Part shown: positions 9,796-19,183 of the stretch, piece after piece | Layout of the letters: every line of letters starts with the position of its first letter | Numbering within the stretch: position 1 is the stretch's first letter | From: Microcoleus sp. | GTDB taxonomy: Bacteria; Cyanobacteriota; Cyanobacteriia; Cyanobacteriales; Microcoleaceae | DNA: 64,000 nt | Assembly: GCA_042408215.1 (NCBI GenBank) | Contig: JAYFMW010000003.1 | Span: 160,001-224,000, forward strand | Reading direction: 5' to 3' | The notes under the pieces: model-generated | Seen by the model: only the letters and a program-made list of their open reading frames with translations | Databases searched by the model: none | Told to the model about the DNA's origin: nothing | Translations under genes and position numbers: made by a program

Positions 9796-10815
9796 TTAAG
9801 CTTCCCAACGTTGGGCGACTAATTCAGCCAAGTCAACTACTCGCTGACTGTAGCCCCATTCATTGTCGTACCAAGCCAACAATTTGACCATATCGCCGTC
9901 CATGACTAGGGTCAAGCTGGAATCCAGAATCGAAGAAGCATCATTTCCCCGATAGTCGCAAGAAACCAAAGGCAAATCGTTGTACTCCAAAATCCCTTTG
10001 AGTGGGCCTTCGGCAGCTTCCTTGAACACTTGATTTACTTGCTCGGCAAAAGTCTTTTTCTCTACCTGAGCCACAAAATCCACTACGGAGACATTGGGAG
10101 TCGGCACGCGCATGGCAATACCATTTAACTTACCCTTCAATTCTGGAATCACCAAAGCCACAGCTTGAGCCGCGCCTGTAGAAGTCGGCACAATATTCAT
10201 CGCTGCCGCCCTGGCCCGCCGCAAGTCGCGGTGGCTAGCATCCAGCAAGCGTTGGTCGCCAGTATAGCTGTGGGTAGTGGTCATCATGCCCTTGACGATG
10301 CCAAAATTTTCGTGAAGTACCTTCAGCACAGGAGCTAGACAGTTAGTGGTACAGCTAGCATTGCTGATGACTGTGTAGTCACTGTGCTTGTAGTTGTGGT
10401 GGTTGACTCCCATCACAAAAGTGCCAACTTCCGGGCCCTTGCCGGGAGCTGTAATTAGCACTTTTTTAGCGCCGGCAGTGATATGCTTGGATGCACCCGC
10501 CTGGTCAACGAAGACGCCGGTCGCTTCAATAATCAGATCAATACCCCACTCTTTCCAAGGCAAGTTTAGCGGGTTGCGATCGCTCACGCATTTAACTGTC
10601 TTGCCGTTGAGGGTAATCGAATTTTCATCCGTGCTGATGTCCACACCCTTCAACGTTCCCATCATGGAATCGTATCTCAGCAAGTGAGCATTAGTTTTCG
10701 GATCGGAAGTGTCATTAATAGCAACCAGCTCAAGCTGGCTGTTTTCTCTGCCCAGCCAGCAGCGCGCAAAACTGCGCCCGATACGCCCAAAACCATTGAT
10801 CGCGACTCGAATCAC
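9796..10815 (-). CDS. gap2: Type I glyceraldehyde-3-phosphate dehydrogenase (cyanobacterial NAD(P)-dependent Gap2)
   Basis: [39 protein letters not shown] (Gap2/GapA signature), WYDNEWGYS. Confidence 0.95.
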   Translation of the reverse strand: MIRVAINGFGRIGRSFARCWLGRENSQLELVAINDTSDPKTNAHLLRYDSMMGTLKGVDISTDENSITLNGKTVKCVSDRNPLNLPWKEWGIDLIIEATGVFVDQAGASKHITAGAKKVLITAPGKGPEVGTFVMGVNHHNYKHSDYTVISNASCTTNCLAPVLKVLHENFGIVKGMMTTTHSYTGDQRLLDASHRDLRRARAAAMNIVPTSTGAAQAVALVIPELKGKLNGIAMRVPTPNVSVVDFVAQVEKKTFAEQVNQVFKEAAEGPLKGILEYNDLPLVSCDYRGNDASSILDSSLTLVMDGDMVKLLAWYDNEWGYSQRVVDLAELVAQRWEA

Positions 10816-10884
10816 CTTAGTACCTCCTAACGATGGCAGCCCCTAACTTAGGGTAAAATTTTGGAAAAATTTAAGAATTGACTT

Positions 10885-11255
10885 TTGACATTCTCACCGG
10901 GCTAAAGCCACGGTGATTCCCAAACCTCACGATTTGAGTTTCTGCTTCATCGCAACTGCCTCCACCCACAAGGAGTTTTCTGGTCTTATGTTCGCTCCAC
11001 AGACTAACCCCGCTAGCCCAGCGGTTTTTATGCGTCGAATACCTAAAAGGAATTCTTATCTGTTGTTTTGATTCCAGGGATGTTTACCATTGCCCTATCC
11101 TCTTTTCCCGGTCTACCGATTTGTCTGCGCCGCCAGGTTGTACTGGACTTCGCTCGTTAGGCTGTCTGAATCCATCGTCGCGGGTGGGTCATTGACCACA
11201 CTATAGTTTAATATAAAGCCGTCCTAAAACGACGGGGTTTCCACCCACCTTTCTG
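10885..11255 (-). mobile_element. Non-autonomous IS200/IS605 miniature element C with TnpB-type omega-RNA region
   Basis: Minus strand reads TCAT|CAGAAAGGTGGGTGGAAACCCCGTCGTTTTAGGACGG ... ACCGCTGGGCTAGCGGGGTTAGTCTGTGGAG ... GATGAAGCAGAAA ... GAATCACCGTGGCTTTAGCCCGGTGAGAATGTCAA. Confidence 0.78.
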
Positions 11256-11378
11256 ATGACACCAGATCATATCGCAAAGCTCGATCCTTTCTAACTTTTT
11301 GTGTTTATCAAAAAAACCTGAACTTTTTTAGAAGCCAGAAATCGCAAATCTGAAAGGATTGGGCTCGATCGCCGCTGG

Positions 11379-12090
11379 TTACTGGTAAAGCTGATGGGCG
11401 GTAATATAAGTTCGGACAACTTCGGGGACTAAGTAGCGGAGGTTGCGACTTTCGGCGCAGCAGCGGCGGATGTGGCTCGACGAAATTTCGATCGCAGACA
11501 TGGATAGCACCTCCCAGCGAATTTCCACGTCCAAAAGAGCCATTTGTTCGGCAACTCGTCGGCAAATCAGCATTTGCCTGAACCTGCATCCTGTCTCCCC
11601 CGGAATCGATGGGTTTTCCACTCGGACAATCTCCCCACTCGGACAGTCCCCCAATCTCCCCGCTTTCTGCTGTCACTCGATCTCCGTGACTCGGACGTGG
11701 GGCCACCAACCAGTCGCACAACCCGGCAATTTCGGCGCACCGGGGCCATTTTGGCAAAGTTTGGAAGGCATCAGCACCAATAATCCAGTAGAGTTGAGCC
11801 TCGGTCGCCAAATTTGGCAAATACAACAAAGAGTCGATCGCAGCACTAGCATAGGGATTGGTATCTAGGGGTAAAAGTCCAAAATCCGGTCGCTCTGCCG
11901 TCGCCAGAGCCACCATTTCCCGCCACTTGTTAAAAAATGCCAAAACACTGTGCGACTTGTGAGGAGTGGCGCGATCGACGGACCAGATTACGCGATCGAG
12001 AGCAAATTGAGTCGCAGCCGTCTGGGCGATCGACAGATGACCCCAGTGAACCGGATCGAAAATCCTCCCCAAAATCGCTACTTTTTCCAT
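11379..12090 (-). pseudogene. nadD: Nicotinate-nucleotide adenylyltransferase, frameshifted and with a low-complexity insertion
   Basis: MEKVAILGRIFDPVHWGHL (HxGH motif) and WIIGADAF in one frame; IEISSSHIR...YLVPEVVRTYI..LY in another. Probable +1 near 11573-11575. Confidence 0.8.
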
Positions 12091-12217
12091 ACAAAATGGT
12101 AGTGTTGGTAAATCTTTATGGGTGAAACCCCACATGGGCGTAAAAACATAGCGGGGCCTTTGCTGCCGTATCCCAGCACAGCAGGCGGATGGAAACAGAA
12201 AGAATACAGGAGTGCTA

Positions 12218-12485
12218 TCCACTAATCACTGGACACTCACTGGACAACCAGTGCCTAACAGTGAAGAGATAGCCAGCCTAAGTTACAACTACGTTTTGAG
12301 GGTCACGACACCTACAGGTGCTTTCGGTGCTTGTAGCTACTGTCGTCAAAGATTAAACAGGTCTATTTAGTTAAGCTAGTGTCTTTGACTTAACAAGCCC
12401 TCAAAACATTGGCGAGGAAAACATTACCGGAGAAATCAGAGGGGGATAAATCCCCAGAAACGCCCCATTGAGGCGGGTCTTCACA
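12218..12485 (+). ncRNA. Orphan HEARO / IscB-IsrB-type omega-RNA with no associated ORF (boundaries approximate)
   Basis: Motif order CCAGCCTAAG..ACTACGTT..GACACCTAC..TGTCG..TTAAACAG..CATTGGCGAGGAAAACATTACC; stems GTTTTGAGGG(12293)/CCCTCAAAAC(12398), ACGACA/TGTCGT, GTCAAAGA/TCTTTGAC. Confidence 0.75.
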
Positions 12486-12877
12486 GAACAATATCAATAG
12501 CCTCTGTCCTGTAATGTCAGCAGGTATGCCAAAAAGAATGACCACTTTTGAGGCACCAAGGTTTTATTTTGTATGCAAGCGTCCATGTTGATCCAATTAA
12601 TTGGCGATTAGAGGCATACCGATCGCCCGAAATTAGTTTGTTGGCCCAGCCACAGACCCCATCCTCCCTGACCTGCAATTTCCGAGTTATGACTGTTCCG
12701 GAAATCTACTCGGTACCAAGTCATATAGGATACAAGAAAAACATCTCTACAAGTCCCGAAAATTGAGGGACGCGCAGAGAATTTTGTACAAAATCTCTAG
12801 CGAACTGTATCCTGAAAAAACAATTCTTGATATGATATCGCGTGTTATTGGCGTGGTGTGGTGCGTGAGGAGTGAAG

Positions 12878-14431
12878 ATGCCGAGTTCAGTTGATTTCAG
12901 CGGTAGACCATTTCATTTCATTGGTATTGGTGGAATTGGAATGTCAGCCCTTGCCTATATTCTAGCTAAACGCAAGTTGCCTGTGTACGGCTCCGACATT
13001 AAATCGAGTCACATAACCCAGCGCTTACAAGCAATGGGAACTCATATTTTTTGGAGTCAAGATGCCAGCAATTTTGAAGTATTTGAAACAGCCCCAAACG
13101 ATCGCAGCCAGGGCGACGCGCCGGAATTGGCGCGATCGTCGGGAGTCTTCGGCACGGTAGGGACTTCCGTCGCCACCGCCGAAGCTCTGAAATTGAACGG
13201 TAACGGGAAAACCGCCAAAGCAATTCTGGGATTACCTCAAGTAGTATGTTCGACGGCAATTCACCCAGCTAATGCCGAATATCGAGCTGCTTTGGATTTG
13301 GGCTGTCCAATTTTTCATCGCTCGGATGTGTTGGCAGCTTTAATTCAAGATTACCAAAGCATCGCTGTAGCCGGGACTCACGGCAAAACTACCACGAGCA
13401 GCTTAATCGGCTTCATGCTGCTGGCTGCGGGTTTAGACCCGACCATAGTGGTGGGAGGCGAGGTCAACGCTTGGGAAGGCAATGCTCGTCTGGGGGAAGG
13501 CCCTTACTTGGTTGCCGAGGCTGATGAATCCGACGGTTCTTTGGTCAAGCTGGCAGCCCAAATAGGGGTGGTGACGAATGTGGAACTGGATCATCCAGAC
13601 CATTACGATACCCTTGACCAGGTAATTGACACATTTAAAGTGTTTGCCCAAAACTGTCAAACTTTGGTGGGCTGCATAGATGACCAAATCGTCAAAGATT
13701 ACCTGCTGCCGAATGTCAGCTATAGCTTGCACCCTGACAGCGGTGCTGACTACACGGCTTCGGGCGTCGAGTATGGAGCAGCAAGTACCAAGGCTCGTGT
13801 TTGGGAGCGAGGAACTCTGCTGGGGGAAATGGAGTTGAAGTTGCTAGGCCAACACAATCTCAGCAATGCACTGGCTGCGGTAGCAGTGGGTCGATTGTTG
13901 GGGTTGGAGTTTTCGGCAATTGCTTCAGCGATTGCCGGCTTTGAAGGGGCGCGCCGCCGTTTTGAGGTTCGGGGTTTTCACAATGACATCCTGTTTGTGG
14001 ACGACTATGCTCACCACCCCAGCGAAATTCGCGTTACTTTGGCCGCAGCTCGCTTGCGTATCGAAGGTAGCGCACAAAATTCCAAATCTGGAAGGGTGGT
14101 TGCCATTTTTCAACCTCACCGTTACAGCCGCACTCTGACATTTTTGCCAGAATTTGCTCAATCTTTTGGCGATGCTGACTTGGTTGTCACTTGTGATATT
14201 TATAGTGCTGGAGAACCCAATTTAGGACTGATTAGCGGGCAAAAGGTTGCTGATTTGATTGCGAAAGAAGGCGGACAGGTGGAGTTTCAGCCTGCTCTGG
14301 AGTCAGTAAGTAAGTTTTTAACCCAAAATCTGCAACCGGGAGATTTGGCTCTGTTTCTGGGTGCTGGGAATCTCAATCAGATTATTCCAGAGGTGATGGC
14401 TTTTTATCAAGCTGTCGATCGCCCGGATTAG
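12878..14431 (+). CDS. murC: UDP-N-acetylmuramate--L-alanine ligase
   Basis: HFIGIGGIGMS, AGTHGKTTT, EADESDG, DDYAHHP, FQPHRYSR. Alternative GTG start at 12872. Confidence 0.95.
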   Translation: MPSSVDFSGRPFHFIGIGGIGMSALAYILAKRKLPVYGSDIKSSHITQRLQAMGTHIFWSQDASNFEVFETAPNDRSQGDAPELARSSGVFGTVGTSVATAEALKLNGNGKTAKAILGLPQVVCSTAIHPANAEYRAALDLGCPIFHRSDVLAALIQDYQSIAVAGTHGKTTTSSLIGFMLLAAGLDPTIVVGGEVNAWEGNARLGEGPYLVAEADESDGSLVKLAAQIGVVTNVELDHPDHYDTLDQVIDTFKVFAQNCQTLVGCIDDQIVKDYLLPNVSYSLHPDSGADYTASGVEYGAASTKARVWERGTLLGEMELKLLGQHNLSNALAAVAVGRLLGLEFSAIASAIAGFEGARRRFEVRGFHNDILFVDDYAHHPSEIRVTLAAARLRIEGSAQNSKSGRVVAIFQPHRYSRTLTFLPEFAQSFGDADLVVTCDIYSAGEPNLGLISGQKVADLIAKEGGQVEFQPALESVSKFLTQNLQPGDLALFLGAGNLNQIIPEVMAFYQAVDRPD

Positions 14432-14639
14432 CTGGCTCATTCCTGAGTGGGGTGGTTCGACAGCCAGGGCGGAGCAGGTTGTACCAATAGTTCTGTTTGG
14501 CGACTCGCTCTGACTCTGGACAAAAGTTGGGTAGGGGGCTGAAAGATTTGTGGTAGACACCTATTAACATTCTTCCCGGATTGGGTAACTATTGAGTTGT
14601 AGTATTAGAGGTAAGCAACTCTTGGAGACTCAATCAGAA

Positions 14640-15263
14640 GTGACCCTTTCAATCGGGGAAGCCGCCAAAGAGCTTGGTATTTCGACAAAGACACTGAGAC
14701 GCTGGACTGATGCAGACAAGATTAGGTTTGAACGCTCTCCCACTGGACAAAGACGATTCTACCTTGCCGACATCAAACGAATCACTCCCAGAGACTTAAA
14801 CCAAACAGATGAGCGAATCACTATCAATTATGCCAGAGTTTCTAGTCACGACCAAAAAGAAGATTTGAAGCGTCAAGCTGCTGTTTTAGAATCGTTTAGC
14901 GCTGCTAATGGTTGGCAATTTGAGACAATTCAAGACTTAGGTTCTGGATTGAACTACAAGAAAAAAGGACTAACAAAACTACTCAAAAGAATCATGTCCG
15001 GTGAAGTTGGCAGACTTGTTATTACCCACAAAGACAGGCTTCTTAGATTTGGTTCCGAGTTAGTCTTTGCAATGTGTGAAGAGTTTGAATGCGAGGTAGT
15101 AATTGTCAACAAATCACCGGATGAGTTGAGTTTTGAACAGGAATTAGTTCAAGACATGATTGAATTAATTCAAGTCTTTAGCGCTAGACTTTACGGAGCT
15201 AGAAGCCACAAAAACCAAAAACTGATTGATGGTATAGCTAAAGCAGTGGAGGCTGTAAAATAA
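14640..15263 (+). CDS. tnpA: IS607 transposase (MerR-like HTH + serine recombinase)
   Basis: SIGEAAKELGIS.KTLRRW HTH; YARVSS catalytic motif; DLGSGLN; HKDRLLRFG; FSARLYGARS. GTG start inferred. Confidence 0.92.
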   Translation: MTLSIGEAAKELGISTKTLRRWTDADKIRFERSPTGQRRFYLADIKRITPRDLNQTDERITINYARVSSHDQKEDLKRQAAVLESFSAANGWQFETIQDLGSGLNYKKKGLTKLLKRIMSGEVGRLVITHKDRLLRFGSELVFAMCEEFECEVVIVNKSPDELSFEQELVQDMIELIQVFSARLYGARSHKNQKLIDGIAKAVEAVK

Positions 15264-16390
15264 TGCTACTCAGTTTTAAGACGGAATTAAAACCTAATAA
15301 CAAACAGGTGACTCTATTTCGTCAACACTGTGGAGTAGCCAGACACGCTTACAATTTTGGCAATGCTGTTATTCAGGAAGCTTTACAACTTAGAGAGACT
15401 GACAAAGCAATCAAAATCCCCTCTGCTATTGACTTGCACAAACGTCTAGTCGCTGAGATTAAACCAGTTAATCCCTGGTACTATCAAAGCTCTAAAGCAA
15501 GTCCACAACAAGCTTTAGCAGAGGTAAGGACGGCATGGGATAGATGTTTCAAAAAAGTCTCCAAACAGCCTAAGTTCAAGAAAAAAGGCAAGTCAAAAGA
15601 CAGTTTTTATCTTGAGCAAGGCACTAAAGCCAAGCCTGGTATCAGCAATGATGGTAAGCGAGTTAAACTCCCTAAAATTGGTTGGGTTATACTGCACGAA
15701 CCTTTACCTATCACATCTACCCATAACTGCGTAATTAGTCGCACTGCTGAGCAATGGTTTATAGCTATCAAGTATGAGATTGAACAGCCTCCAACACCAC
15801 TAAATCGCCCCTCTGTTGGCGTTGATATTGGTATCAAGGAATTGGCTATTACCAGTGACGGGAAGGTTTTTGCCAACCCTAAAGCTGACCGCAAAATGAG
15901 TAAAAAAATGAAGCGATTGCAGCGTTCTGTCAGTCGCAAAGCTAAAGGCTCAAAGAACCGGACTAAAGCCGTTAGAAAGTTAGCAAAGCTGCATTCTCGC
16001 ATCTCATTCATCCGCAAAGATGCTATTCACAAACTCACTAATTATCTCGCTAAAAACCACAGCGTGATTAAAATTGAGGACTTGAATGTCAAAGCATTTT
16101 TGAAAAATCACAAATTGGCGGGTGCAATTGCAGATTGTGGAATGTACGAATTTCAGCGACAACTAGAATACAAAACTGAAAAGTTTTCTAGTCAGTTGAT
16201 TCTAGTTGACCGCTTTTTTCCGAGTTCTCAGATTTGCTCAAATTGTGGAAATCACCGCCACAAAATGCCATTAAAGAATCGAGTTTATGTGTGTCCTGAT
16301 TGCGGTCACACAGAAGACAGAGACTTGAATGCTGCTAAAAATATCGAGCGATGGTTTGAAGGAATTCACGTTCCGATTCGCTCAGATTGA
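15263..16390 (+). CDS. tnpB: TnpB RNA-guided endonuclease
   Basis: RuvC motifs GVDIG, IEDL and DRDLNAA all present; Zn finger CSNC...CPDC; TAATG overlap with tnpA. Confidence 0.93.
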   Translation: MLLSFKTELKPNNKQVTLFRQHCGVARHAYNFGNAVIQEALQLRETDKAIKIPSAIDLHKRLVAEIKPVNPWYYQSSKASPQQALAEVRTAWDRCFKKVSKQPKFKKKGKSKDSFYLEQGTKAKPGISNDGKRVKLPKIGWVILHEPLPITSTHNCVISRTAEQWFIAIKYEIEQPPTPLNRPSVGVDIGIKELAITSDGKVFANPKADRKMSKKMKRLQRSVSRKAKGSKNRTKAVRKLAKLHSRISFIRKDAIHKLTNYLAKNHSVIKIEDLNVKAFLKNHKLAGAIADCGMYEFQRQLEYKTEKFSSQLILVDRFFPSSQICSNCGNHRHKMPLKNRVYVCPDCGHTEDRDLNAAKNIERWFEGIHVPIRSD

Positions 16391-16536
16391 ATGAATCAAA
16401 CGGTAAGCTCTACCGAGATTGCCTGTGGAGTAGACAAACCCTCAGAAGTCATTCTGAGACTACGCTGAAACAGGAAATAAGCATCAGAGTAAAAACATCT
16501 AACGGTGTCTAACTTTGTCTAAGTCTTATAGAGCGG
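16391..16536 (+). ncRNA. Predicted TnpB omega-RNA scaffold at the IS607 right end
   Basis: CGGTAAGCTCTACCG..GCCTGTGGAG..CGCTGAAACAGGAA motifs typical of tnpB 3' regions; the guide would derive from flanking DNA from 16537. Confidence 0.6.
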
Positions 16537-16590
16537 TGAATAGGTTCTCAACCAAGTCTTCGATAAAAGGTAATTTTAAGGATTTGCAAG

Positions 16591-17547
16591 ATGGTGACTA
16601 TCTCGAATGACTCCTCTGTTAAGGACAATCGGCGAGTGTATTCTCCTATTTCTTTGCGGGGAACTGACTGTAAGATTAACTCCCAAGTTTCCTTGGCCGG
16701 CTTGACTTCCTTCCGAGTCGGTGGGCCTGCGGAGTGGTACGTTGCTCCCCGCAGTATAGAGGCTTTGGAAGCGAGTTTTGCATGGGCTGATTCAAAGGGA
16801 ATGCCCGTGACTCTGCTGGGTGCGGGTTCTAATTTGTTGGTGAGCGATCGAGGTTTGTCTGGTTTGGTGATTGGGACTCGCTACCTGAAGCAAGTGCATT
16901 TCGATCCAGAAACTGGTCAAGTTACAGCCGGGGCGGGGGAATCAATTCCCCGCCTCGCTTGGTTGGCGGCTAAACGGGGCTGGAAAGGTCTCGAATGGGC
17001 TGTCGGTATACCGGGCACCGTTGGGGGGGCTGTGGTGATGAATGCTGGGGCTCACAGGGGCTGTACGGCGGATCTTCTGGTGAATGCTCGTCTCCTCTCC
17101 CCTGGTGGTAAGGTGGAAATTCTGACTCCCCAAGAGTTGGGCTACCGCTACCGGACTTCGGTGCTGCAAGGGGGCGATCGGCTGGTGACAGAAGCGACTT
17201 TTCAGTTACAGCCGGGATGCGAGCGATCGCAAGTAATGGCAGAGACTAACAATAATTTCAGCTCGCGGCGGACGAGTCAACCTTACCACCTGCCTAGCTG
17301 TGGCTCAGTCTTCCGTAACCCCAGCCCGAAGGCAGCCGGCTGGTTAATTGAGCAAGCTGGACTCAAGGGATACCAGATCGGCGGGGCTCAAGTAGCTCAA
17401 CGCCATGCTAATTTTATTCTTAACTGCGGGTCGGCAACGGCTAATGATATTTTTCAAGTGATCCGCCACGTTCAAGAGCAAGTCCAGCAGCGGTGGTCGC
17501 TGTTGTTGGAGCCAGAAGTTAGAATACTGGGAGAGTTTCCGTTCTAG
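16591..17547 (+). CDS. murB: UDP-N-acetylenolpyruvoylglucosamine reductase
   Basis: SFRVGGPA, GAGSNLL, GIPGTVGGAVVMNAGA, SCGSVFRNP, HANFILN. Confidence 0.95.
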   Translation: MVTISNDSSVKDNRRVYSPISLRGTDCKINSQVSLAGLTSFRVGGPAEWYVAPRSIEALEASFAWADSKGMPVTLLGAGSNLLVSDRGLSGLVIGTRYLKQVHFDPETGQVTAGAGESIPRLAWLAAKRGWKGLEWAVGIPGTVGGAVVMNAGAHRGCTADLLVNARLLSPGGKVEILTPQELGYRYRTSVLQGGDRLVTEATFQLQPGCERSQVMAETNNNFSSRRTSQPYHLPSCGSVFRNPSPKAAGWLIEQAGLKGYQIGGAQVAQRHANFILNCGSATANDIFQVIRHVQEQVQQRWSLLLEPEVRILGEFPF

Positions 17548-17555
17548 GGCATTAT

Positions 17556-17854
17556 AAGAAATACCCTGAAAACCCTGTGACTTTAGTCCAGGGATGAAAG
17601 GGCGTTGCAGGATTTATCCAGCCAGCCCTCTTTATGCAAGACACAAACCACATTCTGTTACCAGAAAAATGTGGGATGGATACACAGACGCAGGTCTATA
17701 CCAGCAAATGCCTACCACAAGTAGCCATAGACTCAGCAATGGGCGAGTGGGTAGTGGGTTATTGACAAACCCTTTAAGCATCAAGATTTGGGTGGATTCA
17801 TCCCCCAAAGTTTGTCCTTAAGAATCCCCGTGTCTTTAGACCGGGGAGTGTCAA
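17556..17854 (+). mobile_element. Non-autonomous IS200/IS605 miniature element B (sister of 9233-9522)
   Basis: TTAT|AAGAAATACCCTGAAAACCCTGTGACTTTAGTCCAGGG ... AAGAATCCCCGTGTCTTTAGACCGGGGAGTGTCAA. Confidence 0.8.
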
Positions 17855-17910
17855 TGATGTAATCAGGAAACGGCAGACTGCCAGCCCACACACACAATCG
17901 CAAAGTAGTT

Positions 17911-18258
17911 ATGACAAAATCAGGACAAGGATTTGGCTTCGGCCTGGGCAAAATGAAAGAACTGACTGAAGCTTTCAAAAAAGCTCAGCAGGTTCAAGAA
18001 GGAGCTAAAAAGCTCCAAGAAGAGTTGGATCAAATGGAAATTGAGGGAACATCCGGCGGTGGCCTGGTTAAAGTTGTTCTCAGCGGCAACCAAGAACCCC
18101 GTCGCGTGATCATCTCCCCGGATGCTATGGGTGAAGGTGCTGATGTGGTTTCTGACCTCGTTACAGCGGCGATGCTGGATGCCTACGCTAAGTCTACGAT
18201 GACGATGCGGGAGAAAATGGAAGAACTTACGGGCGGACTCAATCTCCCTGGTTTTTAA
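17911..18258 (+). CDS. YbaB/EbfC family nucleoid-associated protein
   Basis: [44 protein letters not shown]; follows murB. Confidence 0.9.
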   Translation: MTKSGQGFGFGLGKMKELTEAFKKAQQVQEGAKKLQEELDQMEIEGTSGGGLVKVVLSGNQEPRRVIISPDAMGEGADVVSDLVTAAMLDAYAKSTMTMREKMEELTGGLNLPGF

Positions 18259-18261
18259 GCC

Positions 18262-18382
18262 ATTGGTCATTAGTCATCAGTCAACAGTTGGTTGTTGACT
18301 GTTGACTGTTGACTGCCAACTGACTAATGACTAATGACTAATAACTAATGACTAATGACTAATAACTAATGACTAATGACTA
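18262..18382. repeat. Heptamer tandem repeats (TGACTAA, GTTGACT; STRR-type)
   Basis: Directly visible tandem 7-mers. Confidence 0.85.
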
Positions 18383-18844
18383 ATGACTAAATTATTATTT
18401 GTCTGCCTAGGAAATATCTGCCGATCGCCCTCAGCAGAAAATATTATGAATCACTTGATTGAAAAAGCGGGTTTGGGCGATCGCATTACTTGCGATTCTG
18501 CGGGTACTGGCGGCTATCACATTGGTAGCCCTCCTGACAGTCGGATGGGAGTCGCGGCCAGGAAGCGGGATATTGAATTGTTAGGTGCTGCCCGCCAATT
18601 TCAAAGGAAAGATTTTGAGAATTTTGATTTGATTCTGGCGATGGATCGGGACAATTATCGGAATATTCTTGCTCTCGATCGGGGTGGAAAGTATCGGGAT
18701 AAGGTGCGGTTGATGTGCGATTTTTGCCGGCAATATGACTTGAAGGAAGTGCCAGATCCTTATTATGGTGGGCCGGAGGGATTCGATCAGGTGATTGATT
18801 TGTTGCTGGACGCTTGCGAGGGTTTGTTGGAGTACGTGAAGTAG
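18383..18844 (+). CDS. Low-molecular-weight protein-tyrosine phosphatase
   Basis: VCLGNICRSP P-loop, DSAGT, VPDPYYG. Confidence 0.93.
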   Translation: MTKLLFVCLGNICRSPSAENIMNHLIEKAGLGDRITCDSAGTGGYHIGSPPDSRMGVAARKRDIELLGAARQFQRKDFENFDLILAMDRDNYRNILALDRGGKYRDKVRLMCDFCRQYDLKEVPDPYYGGPEGFDQVIDLLLDACEGLLEYVK

Positions 18845-18854
18845 TCAGTTGTTA

Positions 18855-19177
18855 TTGGTGATTGGTGATTGGTGATTGGTGATTGGTGATTGGTGATTGG
18901 TGATTGGTGATGGGTGATGGGTGATTGGTGATGGGTGATGGGTGATTGGTGATGGGTGATTGGTGATTGGTGATTGGTGATGGGTGATGGGTGATTGGTG
19001 ATTGGTGATTGGTTATTTGTTGGTAAAAATAACCAATGCCCAATGCCCAATGCCCAATGCCCAATGCCCTATGCCCAATGCCCAATGCCCAATGCCCAAT
19101 GCCCTATGCCCAATGCCCAATGCCCAATGCCCAATGCCCTATGCCCAATGCCCAATGCCCAATGCCCTATGCCCAAT
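18855..19177. repeat. Two opposed heptamer arrays, (TTGGTGA)n and (CCCAATG)n
   Basis: About 22 and 20 tandem units between convergent genes. Confidence 0.9.
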
Positions 19178-19183
19178 TCCCTA

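Larger units (their letters stand above)
14537..16536 (+). mobile_element. IS607-family insertion sequence between murC and murB (ends approximate)
   Basis: Serine-recombinase tnpA + tnpB; left junction in a G-run (TAGGGGG); right end ...GTCTAACTTTGTCTAAGTCTTATAGAGCGG ending in GG. Confidence 0.85.

Noticed and set aside
14440..14480. GGTTCGA motif suggesting a tRNA T-loop
   Set aside because: No cloverleaf or acceptor stem can be built around it.
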